From a virus (taxonomy: Duplodnaviria > Caudoviricetes): a DNA stretch of 26,953 bases. A program made the position numbers and the translations under genes. Each line of letters starts with the position of its first letter. Positions within the stretch are counted from its first letter, which is position 1. The stretch lies in IMG/VR virus record IMGVR_UViG_3300035200_000334, positions 1-26,953 of that record; one strand, written 5' to 3'. This document shows, piece after piece, positions 1-9,853 of the stretch. Under the pieces are notes generated by a model. It was not told where the DNA came from. It saw only the letters and a program-made list of their open reading frames with translations, and did no database searches.

Positions 1-58
1 AGGCGTAGACCGGCAATGCAAACAAGACTGCCGCGAAGGCGAAAAGGATACGCTTCAT
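1..58 (-). CDS. 5' fragment of a secreted/periplasmic protein (runs off the window)
   Basis: GGGAGG RBS then ATG at 58; MKRILFAFAAVLFALPVYA is a typical Sec signal peptide (basic n-region, hydrophobic core, V-x-A cleavage site). Not in the ORF track. Confidence 0.7.
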   Translation of the reverse strand, partial: MKRILFAFAAVLFALPVYA

Positions 59-73
59 GGTAGACCTCCCAAT

Positions 74-87
74 GCCCCTTCCGGGGC
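74..87 (-). other. Short intergenic hairpin GCCCC-GGAA-GGGGC
   Basis: 5-bp stem with a GNRA loop between the tail fibre stop and the next RBS; no U-tract. Confidence 0.35.
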
Positions 88-110
88 GATACCAGACGGC
101 GACATGCCGC

Positions 111-1319
111 CTAGTTCGGTGTCACAGCCGCCAATCGGCTGCGAAGATCGTCGACCTCCGCCTTCAACTCCTTCACGGCGTTGACCAAGGCGAAGATCAA
201 AGGCGTTGTGTCCATAGACCGGAGATCGTCGACCTGACGACCGTCGATCGTGCCCTTCTGGGTGGACACCATTTCGGGCATGATCTTCTCAGCCTCCTGA
301 GCGATCAGACCGATATGCTGCGGCTTCGTGTCGTAACCGGTGTCATCGGTGTAGCGGAAAGTGACAGGGCGGAGATTCACGATCGACGACAATCCCCCCG
401 TGTAGCTCCGCACATCTGTCTTCATGCGCGCATCCGAGATCGCCGTCCACAGACCGCCCGCAGGCTTGAGGGCATCACCCAGGATCGTGAAGTTTCCGGT
501 GGCGCCGGACAACGATGCCGACTTGTTCGTGGTCGAGTCGGCCGAAAGGTAGAGCATCCGGGTATCCGTCTCGTAGGCCAGAGCCGCGATCCCTCGCCCA
601 GCCTTCTTGCCGTGAAGGATGAGCTGACGCCAGGGGCCGCCGGTGTCTCCGTTGCCGGTGTCGTCGGACATGACCCGCAGATTACCAGCAACGTCGAAAT
701 GGCCGTCGTAGATCGTGGCTAGAGTCATGGCCTGCCCAGGCACCGTCTTGCTCGGCACCCGGATGATGAAGTTCTTGTAGGCGGTCTGGTAGTTGATGAG
801 CGCCCCGGCGTCGAAGTTGAATATCCGGTTGTCCGCGTCTGCCCGTAGGTAGAACTCGCCGATGGTCAGGTGTTTCCACCCATTGGTGAATAGGTTATCC
901 TTGTCCAGCCGAGCAGCGGTGAGCTGATTGGCGGCGAAGCCGATGACTCCCGCGTTGTAGCGATACATGCCCGTTCCCTCGTCGCCAGAGAACGAGAACG
1001 GAGGCGCAATGGGGTTCCCGAAACCTCGAATCGCACCGCTCATGGTTCCCCCGGCGAGGGGTAGCATCCCGCTCAAGGTGAATAGGCCAGTGGAGTGAGT
1101 GAGCACGCCCATCTGGACCCAAGCGGTTCCAGTGTAGAACTTGTATTCGTCGATCCCAGCAGTCGAGGAGTCCAGCCAGACCTGCCCCCGAACCGGATTG
1201 GGGGGAGCCGCCACGCCCTCGTGCGAAGACAGGATTGCGTGAACGATAGCATTCACCTTATCGGACAAGGTGACGCCGTTATCCGTGTTCGCAATAAGAT
1301 CTACCCAGGCGGTCTGCAT
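111..1319 (-). CDS. Tail fibre / receptor-binding protein with C-terminal intramolecular chaperone (peptidase S74-like)
   Basis: SDARMKTDV...LRPVTFRY...IGLIAQE...LVNAVKEL coiled-coil end; N-terminal GQVWLD and LPLAGGTMSG fibre motifs; follows the tail tip gene. Confidence 0.88.
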   Translation of the reverse strand: MQTAWVDLIANTDNGVTLSDKVNAIVHAILSSHEGVAAPPNPVRGQVWLDSSTAGIDEYKFYTGTAWVQMGVLTHSTGLFTLSGMLPLAGGTMSGAIRGFGNPIAPPFSFSGDEGTGMYRYNAGVIGFAANQLTAARLDKDNLFTNGWKHLTIGEFYLRADADNRIFNFDAGALINYQTAYKNFIIRVPSKTVPGQAMTLATIYDGHFDVAGNLRVMSDDTGNGDTGGPWRQLILHGKKAGRGIAALAYETDTRMLYLSADSTTNKSASLSGATGNFTILGDALKPAGGLWTAISDARMKTDVRSYTGGLSSIVNLRPVTFRYTDDTGYDTKPQHIGLIAQEAEKIMPEMVSTQKGTIDGRQVDDLRSMDTTPLIFALVNAVKELKAEVDDLRSRLAAVTPN

Positions 1320-1321
1320 GA

Positions 1322-4300
1322 TCAGGTTCCCTTTCCGTAGCCGATGGCTTGCCAGTCAATGTGTCGACTGACCGATGTGCCGTTGTTCTGGATCTCGACG
1401 GAGAAGCTCCGCCCCGTAGTGTTCTGCCGTATCAAGACATCGCCCGGCTGGCCATCGTTCAGCGTGATGGCCAGGGCGGGGGGTGCGAAGAACGGATAAG
1501 CGAAGTCGATAGTCTGCCCCCCTGCCTGGATGGCAACGTCGTCGCCGAACTCCCTGCGCTCTGCATGATCCACGATCAACGAAGCGTGGTGGACGACCGG
1601 GGTCATGTCCCGCCGCTTGGTCGAGAGCCGCAGAGCCCAAGACACGGCGACGCCCTCAATGTCCGTGGACAGAAGGTAGCTGAGCGGCACGAAGTTCGTC
1701 GCCTTGCCGCTCAGTGGATCTGCATGGGACAACGGCTCGAACCACGGGTCGCTAAGGACCGGCAGGTCGCCGCGCACGCCGATCCAGATCTCCACGTTCA
1801 CGTCACCGAACGAATCCTCGGGGGGCTGCACCCGAACGTCGAGTTCCCCCCGCAGCCTGAACATCCAGGGTCGGGGATACACGACCTCCGATTGCGGAAA
1901 GAAGAACCCGTGCGGGTAGTAGTCACCCGATGGGCTCTGGGAAAGCCGCAGATTGCCGCCCTGGAGCTCCGTGTTGTCGAAAGTGCCCGCCCAGGCCGGG
2001 TGAGCTTCTAGGCGGGTGACCTCGTCGATATTCGGCAGCGTCTGAATCATAGTCATGGCGTAGGCGGGCTCAGACCAGTTCCCACTCGTGTCCACCGCGC
2101 GGATGGCATAGGTGCCCGTCTGCGCGTGCATCGTCTTCGTGGTGGTGTCTGCGGCCACACGCTCCGACACGATGATCATGTGATCCCAGGATACCTGGGC
2201 TCCCACGTCCTGCGTGAACCGAATCTGGTAGAACAGGATGTCAGGAGAGGCGGGCTTCTCCCAGATCAGCATCACCGTCTCGGAGAGAATGTTCGTTGCG
2301 AATCGAACCTTGGCGGGGGGCGTGCGATCAGGGAACAACGTGCAAGAAGCCGACGCCTCCTCGCCCTGACGGCCCGACATGGATACTGGCGTGACGATAT
2401 ACTGAACGATATTTCCCCCCTGGTCCAGATCCATGGCATCTACGAGATCGCGCCAGATGGTGCCCGTGGTCTTGGCCAGGAAGACCCTGGCGCCAAGCTG
2501 ACCAGCAACCAGCCTGAGGCTGGTCGGCCGAGTGTAGACTCGCTCCACGATATAGTGGTCCGGCGTCCACCCCAGCGGTGCATCCCAATCAACCGTCACC
2601 TCGTGCCGGGGAATGCCCTGAACATCGTAGATGTATTCGTTGACATACAGGAGCAGCGACCGCACGGGCGACAGGTTGACCAGGAACCCCGTGTGGCCCG
2701 GAGGAACATACGGGGGGATCGGGCCCAGGTCTGCCTGATGGATGGCGGGGGCGAACTCGATCAGCTCGATGCGCGCCGAGAAGTCGCTGCCTGGGGTGAT
2801 CTTGTCCACCAGCCACTCGGAGGTCGTCGATTGGAGATCACCGAAGGCAACGATGCAGCCGGGCTGAAGCTGAGCGACCAGCGTCGGCGATATCTCGATC
2901 GTCGAAGTGTCGATCAATCGCACGATAGGCTCGGCCTGAAGAATGCGACCCTCGGCATCCCGTGCCTGGATCGCCTGGGGGGCCACGTCCAGACGGATAT
3001 CCACCGTGATCACCGCGCCGTTGATGTCCCGAACCCGGCCGACCTGATTGCCCAGCAACGAGTCATGAGCGGCCAGGACCAGGTCCCCCCTCTGGCACAC
3101 GAGGTTCTCGACGTCGGTCTCGAGCGACATGCGCTCCTTACGAAGAACTGCGGCTGCGAGGAAATAGCGACCCTGGCGCCATACCTGCGGCCCGCGCACC
3201 ACACCCATGAGGTCAAGGGACTCGATCTTAGTCGCGGACATGGCGTCGTAGCCATCGGCGAACACAAAAGTCTCCTCGCGCTCCCAAGTCTGGTCGCTGA
3301 TATGCCGAACCTTCAGCGCATGGGGGGCATCTATCCATACGCGGGACGTAGACATTCCCCGCGTATTGCGATGGGTGAACATCTGCACCGGAACCCGAGG
3401 CTCATGCTCTTCGATGACGGTGTATTTCCCGTCGTGAATCGCCGGGGCGGCGAGGCCCGTGGAGCAGATCGTCTGTGCCAGTTCGCCGACCGTGGTCCGG
3501 AAGTCCACCACCAGATCACAAGTCGCCGCCGTGGGATCATCCCCCCTGGGCGCATCATTGCGATTGGCCCACTCGGTCAGCTTCTTCCAATCGATCAGCT
3601 CGTCCCGCACCGGGCGCGGATTGGCCGTTCCGCGAATGACGTCCGCATAGATCCAGGCCGGGTTGCGCGTGGGCACGATCTCGTTGACCCGAGGATCCCA
3701 GAGCTTGGACGTGCAGAGAGCGTTGATGTTCTGGATCTGCCCGCTCACCTGCTCGCTGGCCGTGATCCGCATTTCCATGATCGTATGCGGCTTCAACGGG
3801 GCGATCGGCGGGTTGTAGCGGACGGAGCGCAGCGAGTTCCAGGCCATCGCATTGCTGATGCTCGGGGAGTTCGCCACTGGAGTGATCCGGCGCACCCGCA
3901 CGATCCAGTCCTTCTCTGCGCCCATGTTCATGGCGAAGCTGATAGCACGGGGGGAGCGCGTCAGGCCGTTGAACACGATCTGATTCGGGGCAGCGCCCCA
4001 GGTGACATAGATAGGGCCGCTGGCGCCCAGACCCTTCTCATACCAGATCTTCGCCATGCGCCCGCCGCTCAGCCACGTCCCCCCGCCGCCTGCGTCCGAA
4101 GGAACGCCGCCAGGAAGTGTGAGCTGATAGTAGTCTGCCGGATAGGAAGTGTTGCCGTCGGGCGGCGGGCTCTTCAAAGCAGACAAGATGTCGTAGGTGT
4201 TCGTGCCGATATCAATCTTGTAGCCCATCGCTGGGGGCTTGGCATCCGCAGGCACCTGGACGTAGATCGCATTTCGCCCGTAGTTCACGGTCTTGATCGG

Positions 4301-5368
4301 GTAGCTCCCGATGTCGACTCGGCCGACGGCATCCACACCCCCCTCGCTCTGGAACCATGCAGAGGCTTGATAGTCGCGGAAGGGCTTGAAGTTCGTGGGG
4401 TCGGCAGGATCGGCCACGTCGATCTCAATAGTCTCGAACCGACCCATCGAAGTCCCATAGGTGTCGAACTGAATGAGGCCGCCAGGGAACCCAATCTCTA
4501 CCCAGATCTGGCCACCCGCCTGCGGAACCACCCGGATGTTGTCTGCATTCTCCACCAGGACAGCGCCGACGCTCATCGCCAACGAGTCGTTCATATAGAG
4601 CTTCAGCTCGTCCCCCCGCTGGAACTCCTCGTGGATATGGAACTCCACGGAGGGCAGCTGATCCAGGGGGGTGTTGCCGATGCGGAGATCCTCGATCACG
4701 ATCGGCCCGTAGCCGAAGTCCAGCAGGAGATAGATCGTCTGCGAGGGGCCGGAGGAAAGCACGAACGGATCGGCAGCGAAGTCCGGGGTGAAGCGGTGCC
4801 GACCGTAGATCCGCGGGACCACGCCATACCGCTTGATCTGGTTGGAGGCGCCCGTGACGGAGTAGGTCTGGCTGTCGTTGATCGACGCCTCACCCGAGGA
4901 CGATCCAAGCGCCTTCGTTCCCAGGTTACCCGGACGGAACATCGCCCCGATGGCCAGAGAACCGGCGATCGAGATACCCGCCGTCACCAAGGCAGTTACC
5001 GCGGACACAGTCAGCGCGCTATACCCTGCCGTCGCAGTGACGCCCATCCACGCCACGAGAGCGGGAGCCGCCCAGGCGGCGACGACCATGATGGCAATCG
5101 CGGCGACGGCGGCCAGAATCCCCTTGCTCCCCCCTCCGCCGCCACCGGCGGGGCGAAGGGCGATCATCACCTGCTGACCCTCCTTCGGCCGCAGGCGATT
5201 CCAGTAAGCCGGGCGGACTTCATGGCCGCCTACGGTGACGACTGTCCATTCGCGCAACGGCTGGGACCACCCTACGGCGACCAGCATTTCGTCGATCGTC
5301 AGCCCCTCGGCGAGCAGGTGATGCCCGACTTCCGAAGAGATGATCTTCGAGCGGGTTACGACTTCCAT
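1322..5368 (-). CDS. Tail tip / host specificity protein (gpJ-like) with gpI-like hydrophobic N-terminus
   Basis: VPRIYGRHR, LLDFGYGP, TRNPAWIYAD motifs and Fn3-like C-terminal region; start moved from 5482 to ATG 5368 (MEVV..., GAGGA RBS, short overlap with NlpC gene). Confidence 0.88.
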   Translation of the reverse strand: MEVVTRSKIISSEVGHHLLAEGLTIDEMLVAVGWSQPLREWTVVTVGGHEVRPAYWNRLRPKEGQQVMIALRPAGGGGGGSKGILAAVAAIAIMVVAAWAAPALVAWMGVTATAGYSALTVSAVTALVTAGISIAGSLAIGAMFRPGNLGTKALGSSSGEASINDSQTYSVTGASNQIKRYGVVPRIYGRHRFTPDFAADPFVLSSGPSQTIYLLLDFGYGPIVIEDLRIGNTPLDQLPSVEFHIHEEFQRGDELKLYMNDSLAMSVGAVLVENADNIRVVPQAGGQIWVEIGFPGGLIQFDTYGTSMGRFETIEIDVADPADPTNFKPFRDYQASAWFQSEGGVDAVGRVDIGSYPIKTVNYGRNAIYVQVPADAKPPAMGYKIDIGTNTYDILSALKSPPPDGNTSYPADYYQLTLPGGVPSDAGGGGTWLSGGRMAKIWYEKGLGASGPIYVTWGAAPNQIVFNGLTRSPRAISFAMNMGAEKDWIVRVRRITPVANSPSISNAMAWNSLRSVRYNPPIAPLKPHTIMEMRITASEQVSGQIQNINALCTSKLWDPRVNEIVPTRNPAWIYADVIRGTANPRPVRDELIDWKKLTEWANRNDAPRGDDPTAATCDLVVDFRTTVGELAQTICSTGLAAPAIHDGKYTVIEEHEPRVPVQMFTHRNTRGMSTSRVWIDAPHALKVRHISDQTWEREETFVFADGYDAMSATKIESLDLMGVVRGPQVWRQGRYFLAAAVLRKERMSLETDVENLVCQRGDLVLAAHDSLLGNQVGRVRDINGAVITVDIRLDVAPQAIQARDAEGRILQAEPIVRLIDTSTIEISPTLVAQLQPGCIVAFGDLQSTTSEWLVDKITPGSDFSARIELIEFAPAIHQADLGPIPPYVPPGHTGFLVNLSPVRSLLLYVNEYIYDVQGIPRHEVTVDWDAPLGWTPDHYIVERVYTRPTSLRLVAGQLGARVFLAKTTGTIWRDLVDAMDLDQGGNIVQYIVTPVSMSGRQGEEASASCTLFPDRTPPAKVRFATNILSETVMLIWEKPASPDILFYQIRFTQDVGAQVSWDHMIIVSERVAADTTTKTMHAQTGTYAIRAVDTSGNWSEPAYAMTMIQTLPNIDEVTRLEAHPAWAGTFDNTELQGGNLRLSQSPSGDYYPHGFFFPQSEVVYPRPWMFRLRGELDVRVQPPEDSFGDVNVEIWIGVRGDLPVLSDPWFEPLSHADPLSGKATNFVPLSYLLSTDIEGVAVSWALRLSTKRRDMTPVVHHASLIVDHAERREFGDDVAIQAGGQTIDFAYPFFAPPALAITLNDGQPGDVLIRQNTTGRSFSVEIQNNGTSVSRHIDWQAIGYGKGT

Positions 5369-5745
5369 CGGCCGATCCTCACAATGCTGCGGCTCCAGAA
5401 ACCCCCCTGGACCTCCTCGGTGCAGGACATGCGGCCCTTCAGCGTGTGGAGCATTCTTCCCTGGCCGATGTAGACGCCGCAATGAAGCGGCACCCTACCT
5501 AGGCGCAGGGCCAGCACGTCACCGACCTCAATAGCGGCTGGCTCCACCTGGGTCCACTGTTCCCAGCCTGCACAGATGCGGTCGGGGATATCCGGACCTT
5601 CTGCAGATGCATATCCGTCATATCGGGGGACGAGGGTGTTCAGCACTTCGACGTGGAACAGCCAGACCAAGCCCCAGCAATCACAGCCCTGGAACGAGGA
5701 GCCACGGTCCACATACGGAATGCCGATGAACGGTCGTAGATTCAT
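5356..5745 (-). CDS. NlpC/P60 tail tip protein (gpK-like)
   Basis: IGIPY..G....GCDCWGLV, HCGVYIG, MLH catalytic motifs; tail tip synteny. Confidence 0.9.
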   Translation of the reverse strand: MNLRPFIGIPYVDRGSSFQGCDCWGLVWLFHVEVLNTLVPRYDGYASAEGPDIPDRICAGWEQWTQVEPAAIEVGDVLALRLGRVPLHCGVYIGQGRMLHTLKGRMSCTEEVQGGFWSRSIVRIGRWKS

Positions 5746-6215
5746 GTGCCGAAGATCCCCGGATTCTGGAGTGGGTCATAGTCGTGTGCCGGAAAGCCCG
5801 CGTGCCACACGGTCTCCGCCAGCAGCTTGCCGGAGATCACCGCATGAGTCGCCGAGGCTTCCCTGAGCTTGAGCCCCGTAGTCGCCAGCAGAACCTCGTC
5901 GGGGTCCGATGCCAGGATCACTTCCAGCAGAACCTCGGGGGCATCGTCAACCTGACGCGCAGCCGCCCAGATCCGCACGTCCACATTGTCGATCTGGATC
6001 TGTGCATCGTTGATCGTGTAGTCGCTGGAGTCGGGGAACGCGATGGCGAACGGGCAGGCGATGAACTCCTCCCCCCGGGAGGTGATGTTCTCAGTGTTGT
6101 TCACAATCCGCACGGGGGGCGTTGTCGCCAGGATGGTGAGCAGCACCAGGAACACGTCCGAGCTATGCTCTGACTGAGCTTCCCGTATGGCGTTCCGGTC
6201 AAGCATACGGGGCAT
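5742..6215 (-). CDS. Minor tail protein (DUF1833 / gpL-position)
   Basis: VRIVNNTENITSRGEEFIACPF...IQIDNVD...PGIF pattern; lies between Dit-like and NlpC genes; ATGA overlap. Confidence 0.75.
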   Translation of the reverse strand: MPRMLDRNAIREAQSEHSSDVFLVLLTILATTPPVRIVNNTENITSRGEEFIACPFAIAFPDSSDYTINDAQIQIDNVDVRIWAAARQVDDAPEVLLEVILASDPDEVLLATTGLKLREASATHAVISGKLLAETVWHAGFPAHDYDPLQNPGIFGT

Positions 6216-6216
6216 G

Positions 6217-6567
6217 TCAGAGGACCTGCTCGAGAGTGCCTGAGTATTGGAAGACGGGCTTCATGTCAACGCTGCCATTCAGCGCCGGAGCATCCTTCCA
6301 CCGCACCAGAAGGGTGGACTGCAAGAACGGGTCCGTGATGTAGAAGGGCAGGGAACCGTCGGCGAGATCGTTCTCGAAGAAGTCCGTCACCGCTTGCTTG
6401 TCGGCCCAGTCCATCTGGAATGTGACGTCGATAGTCTTGTAGGCTTTGGTGAACCGACGGCGAACTTTCGGGAAGCCGTTGTCCACTTCGCTGCGAATCA
6501 CCCCCGTCACGGGCTTTTCCGACCAGCTACGCGGACAGGAGAAAGGCCAAGTAGGAATCGCCATCAC
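6217..6567 (-). CDS. Distal tail protein (gpM/Dit-like)
   Basis: IRSEVDNGFPKVRRRFT, FFENDLADGSLPF; directly after tape measure. Confidence 0.75.
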   Translation of the reverse strand: MMAIPTWPFSCPRSWSEKPVTGVIRSEVDNGFPKVRRRFTKAYKTIDVTFQMDWADKQAVTDFFENDLADGSLPFYITDPFLQSTLLVRWKDAPALNGSVDMKPVFQYSGTLEQVL

Positions 6568-8930
6568 ACCCTCCCAAGGCGGGACGCCCCGAAGGACGCT
6601 CGCATCGCACTATCAAATCGACCAGTCGCCAATCCACGATTGACGATATCCTCCACGAAGATGTCGATGGTCTTACCCCCCATCGCATTCTGCCGTTCCT
6701 GGACGCGAGTGTTCGCGCTCGTGGAGTTGTAGACGTTGACCGTCACCTCGCCGCCTCCGCCGTTCGGCACGGCCGGAAAGATGTAGCCCGAAGATCCAGG
6801 CACGAAGAGCTCCGGCCGCTTCTCGCCAACGATGTAGGGGGAGCCCGCCTGCACCGGACCGCCAGCCATTCGCCCCGGAAGAACTAGGGTGAGGTCGACG
6901 CCAACGGCTCGCAGGCCGAGCATAACCGCACGGAAGATCATCGCGTTCAAGATCATCTTCGCAATGGACTTGGCGAAATCCTCCGCCATCTTCGAGAAGT
7001 TCTTGCTGGAGCCAGTGGCGAAGTCTACGATCGCATCGGCCGCCGCGCGAGAGAACTGCTGGACCGCCTCTCGAGCCATGTCGCTCCAGGTCTGGAACTT
7101 GATGCGGAATCTGTCGAGTGTCCGCTCGGCTGCCTCCAGTCCCCGAGACACGAAGTTCTCACCGGGGTCTCCCCCGCCCCGCCGGATGGCTGCTTCGAGA
7201 TTAACCAGATCCTCTCGGATACGGCCGAACGCCTCTCGGGGATTCTGGCTCGCATCGATCATGCGACGGAACATGCGACTAGCGGCTTCGTCGACTAGCC
7301 CGAACGCGATGCGGGTAGAGTCAGCCATTCCCTGGGACTGAGCAAGTAGTTGAACCACCGCCGTCGTGTTGGCGCGGATCATCTCCGTGAATTCTATTTC
7401 CGGGTAGGTATTGTGCATCAGCCGCTTGCGATTGGCCTCCGCCTCCCGAGCAGCCTGATTATCCGCACGCTCCGCTCGCCTCGCACCGGCCCGATCTTCT
7501 GCGCTCTGCCGACGTTCCAGGGAGCGAATCTGTTCCCGTTCTTCGCGATTGATGGCAGCCAGGGCGCGGTTGAACTCCAGGCGCGAAGCGTTCGTCCGAT
7601 TCTCTGCGGAGACCGCATCCCATCTCTGGTTGAGTCGCTCCCGCGCTTGTCTCGCATCGTCTTCGATACGGAACCGATCATCGTGAGCACGGCGAAGTTC
7701 ACGCGCCTCGTTCGCGAAGTTCTGCCGCGCATTCTCGCCTGCCCGCTGGCGTGCGTTGAATCGCTCAGTCTCTGCGTCCATCGCTTCCCGGGACGCACCG
7801 ACTATGCGCTCCAGACCCTGTTCTTCTGCACGAACACCCAAGGCCACGAGGGACTGATTGGCGACCTCCAGCTGAGCCCACAGACGAGAAGTGTCCAGCC
7901 CCCGCGCCCTGGCGGTTTCGATCTCCTGCTGAAGACGAGACTGCTCAGCGAGCCCGGCGATGATTAGCGCCTGCGTGCGGACTTCGGCGTTTCCAGCCGC
8001 CGTGCGAGTTTCTTCCGGAGTAGATCCCCCCGCGCCGCGCCGAATCACCCCCAGCATGGATTGGAGGCCGCCGAGGAACGCGACGATGTTCGACGAGGCG
8101 CCAATCTGTCGATCAATCGCATTCACGGCGGCGATAAACTGATTCTTGGTCGCCTCCCATGCCTGACTAACAGTCAGGGGGAGATTACCCATCCGCCGCT
8201 CTAGGTCCGTGCCTGCCCGCAGCAATGCGGGAAACACGACTTCAGCCGTGAGCCGGCCTTCCGATCCCATTTCTCGCAAACGACCAACGGTCACGCCGAG
8301 TTCTCGCGCGAGGGCCTGCGCGAGCATCGGCATGTTCTCGAGAATAGACTTCAATTCTTCGCCCTGAAGGCGCCCAGAGGCCAGACCCTGGGACAACTGA
8401 TAGATCGCAGCCGCGCCCCCCTGCGAACTACCAGACAGCTGAGTCAGTCGAGTGAGGATCTCGACGAGGCGCGTGATCTCTTGGCTGGTGGCGGCGATGG
8501 ACGAACTGCCGAGCGCCACAGAAAACCGCGTGAAGTTCTCCGCCACATCACTGAAAGCGACACCCGATCGAGTAGCGATCCCAAGAAGGTTGCCGAAGGT
8601 GGTCTGCGCTATACTGCTCAGCCCATTCAACTGAATCGACATTCGGTTGAACGTAGCCGTCAAATCCGAGGACTGAGATAGGAGGGAGGCTATCCCCGAA
8701 CTTGCCGCCACGGCTGTCCGGAAGGCGGCATACGCCATCCCCGCCCGAGTAACTCCCGCAGCCAGGGCGTCCCACGATCCAGTGGATTCTTCGGCTGACT
8801 GCGTGATGGCTTGCGCTTGAGTTCGGACCTGCGTTCGTAGATTCTCGAGCGCGGTGTTCACCCGCTTGAGGGATCCTTCGAACCCATCGAGACGAGCCCC
8901 AAAGGCGATTACGAGTTCGGTTGAGGCCAT
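6564..8930 (-). CDS. Tape measure protein (788 aa)
   Basis: QLSQGLASGRLQGEELKSILEN tape-measure motif; long Ala/Arg/Glu helical region; C-terminal GGPV...YIVGEKRPELFVP. Confidence 0.93.
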   Translation of the reverse strand: MASTELVIAFGARLDGFEGSLKRVNTALENLRTQVRTQAQAITQSAEESTGSWDALAAGVTRAGMAYAAFRTAVAASSGIASLLSQSSDLTATFNRMSIQLNGLSSIAQTTFGNLLGIATRSGVAFSDVAENFTRFSVALGSSSIAATSQEITRLVEILTRLTQLSGSSQGGAAAIYQLSQGLASGRLQGEELKSILENMPMLAQALARELGVTVGRLREMGSEGRLTAEVVFPALLRAGTDLERRMGNLPLTVSQAWEATKNQFIAAVNAIDRQIGASSNIVAFLGGLQSMLGVIRRGAGGSTPEETRTAAGNAEVRTQALIIAGLAEQSRLQQEIETARARGLDTSRLWAQLEVANQSLVALGVRAEEQGLERIVGASREAMDAETERFNARQRAGENARQNFANEARELRRAHDDRFRIEDDARQARERLNQRWDAVSAENRTNASRLEFNRALAAINREEREQIRSLERRQSAEDRAGARRAERADNQAAREAEANRKRLMHNTYPEIEFTEMIRANTTAVVQLLAQSQGMADSTRIAFGLVDEAASRMFRRMIDASQNPREAFGRIREDLVNLEAAIRRGGGDPGENFVSRGLEAAERTLDRFRIKFQTWSDMAREAVQQFSRAAADAIVDFATGSSKNFSKMAEDFAKSIAKMILNAMIFRAVMLGLRAVGVDLTLVLPGRMAGGPVQAGSPYIVGEKRPELFVPGSSGYIFPAVPNGGGGEVTVNVYNSTSANTRVQERQNAMGGKTIDIFVEDIVNRGLATGRFDSAMRASFGASRLGRV

Positions 8931-8931
8931 C

Positions 8932-9513
8932 TCAGGTATACCTTCTCACGAGGCGGTTCAACTCGCGCTGTATCTCGAGATCATACGCTGCTCGAAGGGT
9001 CGTCCCGATCTCCGACCGCGCGCGTTCTTTGATGGGGTTGCCCACGCGAGCAAAGAAGGGATTCGCAGGCATCACCCCCCTATTCGCGCCGCTTCGGGTC
9101 TGGCGACGACGGGTGCCCAGATTGACCAGATGGAAGTGGCCGCCCCTGGGAGTAGGGGGGCCGAACCTCACCGGACGAGCAACACGACGAGCATTCCGCT
9201 TGCTCGCTGCTCGCTGCCTGCGAATCGCGTATCCACGAGTCGCCTTAGATCCGAAAGCCAGCGCACGAGAAATGGCTCCAGGAAACTTGCCGAGACGACG
9301 CACCCTGGACGCCTTGATGACCCGCCACAAGCGAGCCGACTCAGGGGCATTCCGATTGCGACGTCGGTTGCGCGGCGCGGCGGCCTTAGCAGCGGCGGCC
9401 ACTCTCTGAGCCTGCGTCAGCACCCACCGATCCATGATCTTCTTGACGACCTTCCCCGGAAGGCCGTCAAGTGCCCGGCTGAGCTCGGCCAGTCCCTCTA
9501 TGTTACCGCTCAT
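8932..9513 (-). CDS. HK97 gp10-like tail completion protein, very Arg-rich
   Basis: IEGLAELSRALDGL start, HLVNLGT, MPANPFF, all typical of HK97 gp10. Confidence 0.78.
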   Translation of the reverse strand: MSGNIEGLAELSRALDGLPGKVVKKIMDRWVLTQAQRVAAAAKAAAPRNRRRNRNAPESARLWRVIKASRVRRLGKFPGAISRALAFGSKATRGYAIRRQRAASKRNARRVARPVRFGPPTPRGGHFHLVNLGTRRRQTRSGANRGVMPANPFFARVGNPIKERARSEIGTTLRAAYDLEIQRELNRLVRRYT

Positions 9514-9853
9514 CGATGCGACCTCCGATGCTGAGGATAAACTCCTTCAGGTGGTTCTCAGCATACTCTTCCGGAGTTTCCGGCGGAGCATATTCCTGTC
9601 GCATCTGCTGGGACACTAGCATGAAGTCGTCAATCTCTATCTGAGAAGCGCCCTGCTTCCGGTGGATATTCGCGAGAATAGAAGCTACCAGGGCACCCAT
9701 GAGATCAACTCTTTCGCCGATTGGAGGTTCAAGCCGAAAGAACTCCTGCCACTCCCAGTATTCACGGAGGGAGAGCCGCTGTTCAAGCTCTCCTACCGTG
9801 GACCCAAGCGCCAAGGCTAGGCGGAAGAGGCCTCGGCGCTGGAGGGCAAAGGG
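9503..9853 (-). CDS. Tail assembly chaperone, frameshifted C-terminal part (gpT-like)
   Basis: -1 frame from 9853 reads PFALQRRGLFRLALALGSTVGELEQRLSLREYWEW; no good RBS before the track start at 9814. Confidence 0.78.
   Translation of the reverse strand, partial: PFALQRRGLFRLALALGSTVGELEQRLSLREYWEWQEFFRLEPPIGERVDLMGALVASILANIHRKQGASQIEIDDFMLVSQQMRQEYAPPETPEEYAENHLKEFILSIGGRIDER

Noticed and set aside
2126-5473. 1115-aa plus-strand ORF
   Set aside because: Codon-aligned antisense shadow of the tail tip gene; its stops would need TTA/CTA/TCA codons, which are rare in GC-rich genes; no recognisable motifs.
5369-5482. Track N-terminal extensions (tail tip from 5482; also 11782, 13392, 23471, 25721, 25957)
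   Set aside because: They overlap neighbouring genes or promoters; downstream starts have better RBSs or coupling.
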